A stretch of DNA of 64,000 nucleotides. It comes from Eledone cirrhosa (Eukaryota). The notes beneath the pieces were generated by a model. That model worked only from the letters and a program-made list of their open reading frames with translations. It ran no database searches and had not been told where the DNA came from. The DNA is taken from NCBI GenBank assembly GCA_964016885.1, contig OZ024740.1:213652001-213716000 (forward strand), written 5' to 3'. Positions 54,446 through 64,000 of this stretch are shown here, in pieces. The stretch's first letter is position 1. Each line of letters opens with the position of its first letter. A program made the position numbers and the translations under genes.

Positions 54446-55540
54446 TCAAAATATTAACAAAAAGACATTCGTGTGATCAAGTATATTTTATTATACATAT
54501 TTCAGAAGTACTGAGCTATCTTAAACAGTACGTCCTCATCAGATAAAATAAGATGATGCATGACATACCCTGACTTAGTAGATGGTTAAGATTCAGTCAT
54601 GGTAGTGAATAAGATATGAAAAAAACTCAATATTTATATACCTTAAGATTGAGACATGAACAAATTTACATATAATATAGAGGGTACGTGTGAGAAAGCT
54701 TAAAAATACATAATAGCAATTTACATAACTGTTAGAGATTCAAATAATTTAAATTATTGAAGAAAGAAGAAAGAAAGAAGAAAGACAGAGAGAAACAGAC
54801 GAGGAAAAAATATAGTTACTAGAAGTATAGAAAGCAAAAGAGAATTGATCAAGGATAGAGAGACAAAGAGGAATAATTTTTATAGTATAAAGCATATGGA
54901 GGGAGATTTGTATTGTCGTGGATGAATAGGGTGTGATTAGATGATGCAAAAATATATCTATATAAATACATGAATATACATTTGGGCATAGCTTTGTGAA
55001 AGAGTAAACTCGAATCTTTGAATTATCTAGAAGTATCCATCAATTTAAATATTAAATATATCTGGGTGTAATTATATGAGGGTTTAATTTCGAGTCCTTA
55101 GTTAATTAGAAATATACTAACAATTAATTATATACACTATATATATCCAAACGTATCCGGCTGACCGTTAAATTTCGAATCATTTATGTTAGTTCAGAAT
55201 AATGAATTAATCTAAATAATTTAAATAATTTAAATTATTTGAATCTCTAACAGTTATGTAAATTGCTGTTATGTATTTTTAAGCTTTCTCACACGCACCC
55301 TTTGTATTATATGTAAAAAATGTTCATGTCTCAATCTTAAGGTATATAAATATTGAGTTTTTGTCATATCTTATTCACTACCATGACTGAATCTTAACCA
55401 TCTACTAAGTCAGGGTATGTCAAGCATCATCTTATTTTATCTGATGAGGACATACTGTTGAAGATAGCTCAGTACCTCTAAAATATGTATAATAAAATAT
55501 ACTTGATCACACGAATGTCTATTTTTGCTAATATTTTGAA
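54446..55540. mobile_element. large fold-back element with ~310-bp diverged arms, each with a hammerhead motif
   Basis: arms 54446-54752 and 55228-55540; HHR at 54484-54550 (-) and 55433-55499 (+, GAAA mutated to AAAA); stem I identical to the Naiad-like HHR. Confidence 0.8.
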
Positions 55541-55766
55541 TTTATATATATATATATATATATTTTTTACTAAAACAGAATTTATTGCAATACAAAAATA
55601 TCCAGTAGTAAAAAAAAAAACCCTTATGATGTGCGGCCGATTGTCGCACTTGGCGGTGAATTGGAGGTTGTTTTACCCCTTTTTGTTTTTGCTTCCCCCT
55701 TTTTTTCTTTTTTCTTTTTTCTTTTTTCTATCTCTCACTCTGGTCATATATTATGAGAATCCGAAT

Positions 55767-55968
55767 TACGAGAATCGGTTGAAAAGTTCATAAGCTGACC
55801 AAAATACTCTCATGGAATGACCAAATGAGGTTTATTTTGCAACATAGTCCCTGGAAAGAAACAATGCAGTTATTAATAAGAAGAGTTGAAATTAATGCAT
55901 GCAAGATTTCACAGCTCTAGCATCACTCCTTCATAGTCATCCTATGAACTTTTCATCCAACCCTCGTA
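55767..55968. mobile_element. mariner-type MITE
   Basis: TACGAG..GAAAAGTTCATA / TATGAACTTTTC..CTCGTA, TA at both ends. Confidence 0.75.
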
Positions 55969-56120
55969 CATGGCAATAAGGAAACAAAAACAAAAAAAAA
56001 CAAGAAAAAGAGTAAGTAAAAAAAGGGAATTAAGCAACGAAAGAAAGGAAGAGAGGGAGGGGTTGACAGGCTCTACATCCCCACAGGATTTCAAGGAGAG
56101 TCTGGCCACCCACGTTGTTA

Positions 56121-56627
56121 TCTTAACTATAATAAAGGGAGGCGGGACAGCGTCCAGAATATATTTTTTTTATCCCGTTTGTAAAATAAGTTGGATTACT
56201 TTGAATAAATAATGAATGAATATTACATAATTTATCTACTAAATTTCGTGACTGTTGATTAAATATATTTTGTTTATTTAAAGATTCACTTCTTTAAAAT
56301 TTCTGAAATGTCAACACTTCCGGTTGGCCATCGCGTAAATAAACATACTAATTTTCTGTCACTAATTTTCTCCTAATGCAGTTTATATATAATATCGTCT
56401 TTTTTTAATGTATCATGGATTACGTTACTGATTACATAAGACAGTGTAACAACGTCTTCGTTCAATTTCTGTGTATATTGTCAATTACAATTTTATTTGA
56501 TGTATCATATCTACATGTATCATATCTACATATACCTGCGTATAATATCAATATACACACTACACATGCTAACATAGCATTAAAAAGACTAGCAGAAAAA
56601 CCACCCCTCGAGTGGTTTTTCTGCTAG
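56121..56627 (+). mobile_element. non-autonomous Helitron, copy 1
   Basis: A|TC start, subterminal hairpin, CTAG|T end; collinear with 63194-63658. Confidence 0.75.
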
Positions 56628-57109
56628 TCTTTTTAATGCTATGACGTTTGAAATACATTTGTGGGGGAAGATATCAGTGATGTAAGCTTTACTTGGTGGT
56701 CAAATGACCTTTTATTTGTAGTTTAAACTAATATTTCATGCTTTTTTCAAGCCTTGTGCGCAACATCTTGTCCACTCCTTCAATATATATATATATATAT
56801 ATGATCTAGTTTAATAATTTACTTATACACCTGTCTTTAAATATATTTACAAATGCACGTGTAAAGACAAACGTTACTATATGATTAAAAAGGAGACATT
56901 TTGAAAACATTTGCTAACTTATTTCGATTCTATTATAAATAAAGTCACTATTTTTATAACAGCGAGTTTGTTTTCTTTAATTTTGAATATATGTTTTTCA
57001 ATATCTATGTTAAATCAACATGGCGACACAAGAACAAAAATGAAATAAAAGATTCAAATTCGAGGAAGAGTACAGGCTATCCCGCCGTAGAGAAACGCCA
57101 TTAATTTGC

Positions 57110-57530
57110 TTCTTCTTCTTCTTCTTCTTCTTCTTCTCCCCCTCCTCCTCCTCCTCCTCCTCCTCCTCCTTGAGAAGATCGTGGGAGCAGAGTCCTCAAA
57201 CATTCCTTTCAGCAGGTCCTGTCAGAAATAACCGTCTTCACCTGATCCGGCTGGATCCCCAAGCGAAACCAGACAAGCTCATGGATGTTATCCAACTATC
57301 TTGCTCAGGGTCTGCCCATGGATCACCTGCCAGTTGGTTTTCTAACCACATGACCATAATATCGGAACTGTGATCTCTCAATTCAGAGAAGCAGCGACTC
57401 TACCTGGAGTTACTCTCTGATTTCCGAGGTTCCCAACTTTGCAAAAGTAGACCCGGGGATCCATGAGCTGAGTTCTAAATTTCTAGCACACATTGCGAGG
57501 TATCGACTCTTCACTAAGTATAAACATTTC
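57110..57530 (-). pseudogene. RTE-type LINE 3' fragment
   Basis: similar to 41345-41553 in reverse; (CTT)n(CCT)n tail. Confidence 0.55.
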
Positions 57531-57865
57531 TATCTTCCTTCAGCATTTACATTACTCTATATTTACTATTGTATTTTTACGGTAAAGGCTTTATCTCACA
57601 TAATTATCTCACATAATATCGAAGCTACGAGATTTTGATATTATTTATTTTGAGAACAATACCTTAAAGTCAGTATGAGCAGCTGGTTATGGTTGGTTTG
57701 AATAGAAAGAGGGTGGTGCATAATAAACAGAAACAACAACAACAATAATAATAAATGTGTAGTCTATGCTAGAGAGAAAGCTCAGTGTGTTGGCTGTCAT
57801 CTCGCCCCAGCATAAATAGGATACGAATTACCGACACATTGACCACTTGCCCTTCATCTTAACGT

Positions 57866-58163
57866 GGGGAGGTTCGTGGCCTTGTGGCAAGGGTGTTGGA
57901 CTTATGATCATAATGTCTTGGGTTCGATTCCTGGACTGGGTTGTGTGTTGTGTTCTTGAGCAAAACACTTCATTTCACGTTGCTCCAGTATACTCAGCTG
58001 AAAATAAGTACCAGCAATAGCTGGGTGGTTGAGTCAACTCTGCGATGGACTGGCGTCATGTCTAGGGGGAAGTCTTGTTCTCTCGGTCGCTTCACACCAC
58101 GGAACCAGGATAAGCACCGGCCTGACGAGCCTCCTGATGAGACCTAGACATAGACTTTATTTT
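57866..58163 (+). mobile_element. second tRNA-derived SINE family
   Basis: A-box-like TGGCCTTGTGG, B-box GGTTCGATTCC, central TGTGTTCTTGAGCAAAACACTT. Confidence 0.75.
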
Positions 58164-58526
58164 AACGATATAGACACTAGTAACGCCCACCATTTTAACA
58201 TCTGATTTAACCACAGTTGTTTTAGTATATCATCACATTCTCTATTACGCACTAGTTTGTTTTTGCTTTTTTTTGTGGAATTGATAGCAATGTCGTAAAT
58301 GAAAACAAAAAAAGCAAACAAACACAAAAAACACACAAAAAAAAAAACAATTGGGTAACAAGATTAACAGGTTTTTGTTAATCCCATAAATTTGACGCCA
58401 TCACGTGTAAAGAAGGTTTTACCAACATATCTCTTATATTATGGTTAAGAAGGATGAACATCATATCTATGGTACGATAATCTCTCTCATACTCTGTTTC
58501 CTATCCTTTTTCTCCTGCTTCATTTC

Positions 58527-58564
<38 letters not shown>

Positions 58565-58774
58565 CATATATACATACACACACTCTCTCTCTTCCTCCCC
58601 CTCTCCCCCTCTCCCACTCTCCACCCCCCCACCCCCCTCTCTCTCCTACAAATCTATTTCTCCCTTATTCCCCTTCATATTTTCTCTCTTTTCTGTATTT
58701 TCTGTTTGTTTCTCAATCACTTTTTTACCCCCTTTCCGCAATATACCCCACCCCGCCTCTGATATATGCTTTCT

Positions 58775-58992
58775 AATTTTCTGATTTAGGCACAAAGCCA
58801 GCAATTTTGGGTCTGGGTAAAGTCGATTATATCGACCCCAGTGTCTAACTGGTATTTTATTTTTTCAACCTCGTAAGGAAGAAAGGCAAAGGTTACCTCG
58901 GCGGGATTTGAACTCAGAACGTAAAGAGCCGTAACTCTATATCTCAAAGTGTGTTATCCGACGCTCTACCGATTACTGCAATCCACCGCCCT
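58775..58992 (-). mobile_element. SINE copy
   Basis: same family as 962-1153. Confidence 0.85.
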
Positions 58993-59332
58993 ATCTACCG
59001 AAATATAATTACATCAGTATTCTCACTTGTTTACACTGTTCTTGTCTAAACAGTAATGATACGACACTCGTTATATTAATTATGGCAGGGAGTAATTACG
59101 TCAGTTGAAATGAAATTCTTCAAGCGACCCTTATTAAATTTGTCCTCGGTAAAATAACATTGCTCGCAGTAAACAACAATTACGCAAGTCATAATTAAAC
59201 ACTCTATTATTGTAAAGGACTCAGTTGCTTGAAACGACAGTTCGTGTCCGATCACCGATATTGTCTTATGTATCCGACAAAGGAAATTATACTTCTAATG
59301 ATTCTGCCAACCTAGCTGTAAATAGGTACCAC

Positions 59333-59551
59333 CAGGGCCGGATTTAATAAGTGGGGGGAGAGGGAATTGCTCCGGGCCCTCTACAGTGGGAAGTCCCACC
59401 AACTACGGCCATAGCAATTTATTTGTGCCCTCAGCTGCGCTTTTTAGTTTTAGGATCGTGAGAATTTTTTAATTTAATACCTGTATGTATAACTTTTCAA
59501 TTTCAATTACTTGAGCCAAGCTACCCCCCCCCCCATATAAATCCAACCCTG
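59333..59551. mobile_element. hAT-like MITE
   Basis: CAGGGCCGGATTTA...TAAATCCAACCCTG; 8-bp TSD not evident. Confidence 0.5.
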
Positions 59552-59627
59552 TATTAATGGTTTTCTTGCGGACTCACTAAATGGTTCAACTAATCTCATT
59601 AAGAGACACCTCAGCAAAGGGTATAAT

Positions 59628-59785
59628 AATTGTTTCTACTTTAGGCACAAGGCCAGCAATTTGAAGGGGAGGATGAAAGGCAAAGCTAACCTCGGCGGGA
59701 TTTGAACTCAGAAAGTAAAGGGCCGTAACTCTATGCCGCACAGCATGTTGACCGACGTTCTACAGATACTGTCAATCTATCTCCT
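59628..59785 (-). mobile_element. SINE copy with internal deletion
   Basis: same family as 962-1153. Confidence 0.8.
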
Positions 59786-60009
59786 TGGGGGACGGTATAG
59801 TAAAGGTTTCAGATCAGCCACAAAAATAATTCCCTTTTTCTTAGTATGCATTCATGCATGGTCCTGTAACTCCTGTTGGAGCCATAGGGGTGTTTCTATG
59901 GCATTCTAAAACACGGTGGAGTCCACATCTTCTCCAGGCTTGAACACAGTAGATTTATTCCTGAGAAGGATAGAGAGAATGAGAGAAGAGAAGTCAGAAA
60001 GATATATAG

Positions 60010-62410
60010 AGGAAGAATTGATTCCAGTACTTGACTGGTACTTTTTTTTTTATTAGACTCCAATGGATGAAAGGCAAAGTTGACCTCAACGAGATTTGAA
60101 CTCAAAGAATAGAGAACCGAAACGAATACCATAAAGCATTCTATCCGACGTTCTAACGACTCTGCCGTTCTATCTGACGTTCTAACGACTCTGCCGTTCT
60201 ATCTGACGTTCTAACGACTCTGCCGTTCTAGCTGACGTTCTAACGACTCTGCCGTTCTATCTGACGTTCTAACGACTCTGCCATTCTATCTGACGTTCTA
60301 ACAACTCTGCCATTCTATCCGACGTTCTAACGACTCTGCCGTTCTATCTGACGTTATAACCACTCTACCATTCTATCTGACGTTCTAACGACTCTGCCGT
60401 TCTATCTGACGTTCTAACGACTCTGCCATTCTATCCGACGTTCTAACGACTCTGCCGTTCTATCCGACGTTATAACGACTCTGCCATTCTATCTGACGTT
60501 ATAACGACTCTGCCATTCTATCCGACGTTATAACGACTCTGCCGTTCTATCTGACGTTCTAACAACTCTGCCATTCTATCCGACGTTCTAACGACTCTGC
60601 CGTTCTATCTGACGTTCTAACGACTCTGCCGTTCTATCCGACGTTATAACGACTCTGCCATTCTATCTGACGTTATAACGACTCTGCCATTCTATCCGAC
60701 GTTATAACGACTCTGCCATTCTATCTGACGTTCTAACGACTCTGCCATTCTATCTGACGTTCTAACGACTCTGCCGTTCTATCCGACGTTCTAACGACTC
60801 TGCCATTCTATCTGACGTTACAACGACTCTGCCGTTCTATCCGACGTTCTAACGACTCTGCCATTCTATCCGACGTTCTAACGACTCTGCCATTCTATCT
60901 GACGTTCTAACGACTCTGCCATTCTATCTGACGTTCTAACGACTCTGCCATTCTATCTGACGTTATAACCACTCTACCATTCTATCTGACGTTCTAACGA
61001 CTCTGCCATTCTATCTGACGTTCTAACCACTCTGCCATTCTATCTGACGTTCTAACGACTCTGCCATTCTATCTGACGTTCTAACCACTCTGCCATTCTA
61101 TATGACGTTCTAACCACTCTGCCATTCTATCTGACGTTCTAACGACTCTGCCATTCTATCCGACGTTCTAACGACTCTGCCATTCTATCTGACGTTCTAA
61201 CGACTCTGCCATTCTATCTGACGTTCTAACCACTCTGCCATTCTATCTGACGTTCTAACGACTCTGCCGTTCTATCCGACGTTCTAACGACTCTGCCATT
61301 CTATCCGACGTTCTAACGACTCTGCCATTCTATCCGACGTTCTAACGACTCTGCCATTCTATCTGACGTTCTAACGACTCTGCCATTCTATCTGACGTTC
61401 TAACGACTATGCCATTCTATCTGACGTTCTAACGGCTCTGCCATTCTATCTGACGTTATAACCACTCTACCATTCTATCTGACGTTCTAACGACTCTGCC
61501 ATTCTATCTGACGTTCTAACCACTCTGCCATTCTATCTGACGTTCTAACGACTCTGCCATTCTATCTGACGTTATAACCACTCTACCATTCTATCTGACG
61601 TTCTAACGACTCTGCCATTCTATCCGACGTTCTAACGACTCTGCCATTCTATCTGACGTTATAACCACTCTACCATTCTATCTGACGTTCTAACGACTCT
61701 GCCATTCTATCCGACGTTCTAACGACTCTGCCATTCTATCTGACGTTATAACCACTCTACCATTCTATCTGACGTTCTAGCGACTCTACCATTCTATCTG
61801 ACGTTCTAACGACTCTGCCATTCTATCCGACGTTCTAACCACTCTGCCATTCTATCTGACGTTCTAACGACTATGCCATTCTATCTGACGTTCTAACGAC
61901 TCTGCCATTCTATCTGACGTTATAACCACTCTACCATTCTATCTGACGTTCTAACGACTCTGCCATTCTATCTGACGTTCTAACCACTCTGCCATTCTAT
62001 CTGACGTTCTAACGACTCTGCCATTCTATCTGACGTTATAACCACTCTACCATTCTATCTGACGTTCTAACGACTCTGCCATTCTATCCGACGTTCTAAC
62101 GACTCTGCCATTCTATCTGACGTTATAACCACTCTACCATTCTATCTGACGTTCTAGCGACTCTACCATTCTATCTGACGTTCTAACGACTCTGCCATTC
62201 TATCCGACGTTCTAACCACTCTGCCATTCTATCTGACGTTCTAACCACTCTGCCATTCTATCTGACGTTCTAGCGACTCTGCCATTCTATCTGACGTTCT
62301 AACGACTCTGCCATTCTATCTGACGTTCTAACCACTCTGCCATTCTATCTGACGTTCTAACCACTCTGCCATTCTATCTGACGTTCTAGCGACTCTGCCA
62401 ATTCGCCGCC
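60010..62410 (-). mobile_element. SINE copy whose head is expanded into a satellite
   Basis: SINE body 60010-60138; SINE 5' tip ATTCGCCGCC at 62401-62410. Confidence 0.8.
60139..62400. repeat. 29-bp tandem satellite, ~78 units
   Basis: unit TTCTATCTGACGTTCTAACGACTCTGCCA. Confidence 0.95.
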
Positions 62411-62776
62411 TATTTTACTATTACCATTACATTCGATTTAGAAACGTTTTAATGTTTCGTCGTCCTGACGTTTATATTAACACATTGTTGTTCCTATGTT
62501 CAGAACAATTTGCGATCGCTGGTCATTGTCTATGGAAATGGTTTTGCAGTTTTGTCTGCGGGGCGCAGCCCCAACACTGCCACGTCCTAGAACTCGAGCC
62601 CATCCCCTCCCCTTCACTCTCCCCATTCTTCTGTGACCATATAGCCCTTGCCTTTCCCTTCCTTTTCCGTTTTCATGACCACAAAAGACACTTGCATTTT
62701 TTACAATAAAACATATCATCTCTTCATAATGATTTAACAAAAATTACGAGTTTATACAGCAAAACAGTTTACAATT

Positions 62777-63080
62777 GAATTACACATTATAACTATAAAT
62801 TACACATCATAACTATAAATTATACATTATAACTATAAATTACACATTATAACTATAAATTACACATTATATCTATAAATTATACATTATAACTATAAAT
62901 TACACATTATATCTATAAATTACACATTATAACTATAAATTACACATCATAACTATAAATTATACATTATAACTATAAATTACACATTATAACTATAAAT
63001 TACACATTATATCTATAAATTACACATTATATCTATAAATTACACATTATATCTATAAATTACACATTATAACACATTAT
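62777..63080. repeat. 20-bp AT-rich minisatellite, ~14 units
   Basis: unit AATTACACATTATAACTATA. Confidence 0.95.
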
Positions 63081-63193
63081 AAGTCAACAAGACTTACATT
63101 TCTACCTTTTGACTCGTTCATCAGGACTCACCACCACTCCTATTATTATTTACTATTTGGATATTAAGAAATTTATAGATATTAATGTCGGAA

Positions 63194-63658
63194 TCTAAAC
63201 TATAATAATATAAAGAGCGCGGGATTGCGTACGGTTTATAATTTTTTATTCCATTAGTAAAATAAGTTGGATTACTTTGAATAAATAATGAATGAATATT
63301 ACATAATTTCATGGCTGATGATTAAATATATTTTGTTTATTTAAAAATTCGCTTCTTTAAAATTTCTGAAATGTCAACTTCCGCTTGGCGATCGCTTAAA
63401 TAAACATACTAATTTTCTGTCACTAATTTTCTCCTAATGCAGTTTACATATAATATCGTCTTTTTTTAATGTATCATGGATTACGTTACTGATTACAGAA
63501 GACAGTGTAACAATGTCTTCGTTCAATTTCTATGTATATTGTGAATTACAATTTTATTTGATGTATCATATCTATATGCATATATACTTGCGTATAATAT
63601 CAATATACACACTACACATGCTAACAGAAAACCACCCGAAGGGTGGTGTTTCTGCTAG
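63194..63658 (+). mobile_element. non-autonomous Helitron, copy 2
   Basis: A|TCTAAACTATAAT start; ACCACCC-GAA-GGGTGGT hairpin; CTAG|T end. Confidence 0.8.
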
Positions 63659-64000
63659 TAATAATAATGAATTTTGGTGAAAAATAAGTCTTAGGATCCT
63701 CTTTGAAACAATATTTACATTTAAATGGAATTCATTGTTTTAGATCTTGTTTCATATTCTATAACTGGGGCTGGCCGATAGTGTTGGAAATAGTCTTAGT
63801 TTACTGATAATTGTTAATTTGTTGCAGAAGAACTCAAAGAAGCTATTTGCACTTCAATGATACGAAAAGGAAATATTTCGGTTGGATAATGACTGGCAGA
63901 TGCTATAAAATAAATAAATTGTATCTGTCGACCAAATAATACAGATTAGCCATAAGTGTTTACTTCCGTTTTCAGTTCTGCCCGACAGTTAAAGTGAGCA

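Noticed and set aside
58120-58150. CTGACGA/CTGATGA as a hammerhead core
   Set aside because: No GAAA or closing stems follow; part of a SINE tail
60139-62400. CRISPR array (29-bp repeat)
   Set aside because: Units are directly adjacent with no spacers and derive from a SINE

Overview
Repeat-saturated eukaryotic DNA with no recognisable host gene. The recurrent tRNA-derived SINE and (TA)n/(CA)n richness suggest an octopus-like cephalopod (inference). It holds six copies or fragments of L1/Tx1-clade non-LTR retrotransposons (CCHC ORF1; APE-RT-CCHC ORF2), three of them chained head-to-tail through (ATT)n tracts. It also holds Penelope-like (GIY-YIG) remnants, fragments of RTE, CR1-group, R4/Dong and CRE-type LINEs, a deleted mariner, several MITEs, two non-autonomous Helitrons, about ten SINE copies and three tandem arrays. 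Main signals: (1) about a dozen type-I hammerhead ribozyme motifs (plus decayed ones), mostly in short (TA)n-anchored, often fold-back units; (2) in two divergent Tx1 copies a consensus splice donor overlaps the ORF1 stop codon and is followed by a pyrimidine tract and a CAG that would fuse ORF1 to ORF2 in frame; (3) a covarying hairpin/pseudoknot module in the Tx1 3' UTR; (4) a 2.3-kb satellite grown from a SINE head. All calls were made by eye; boundaries are approximate.
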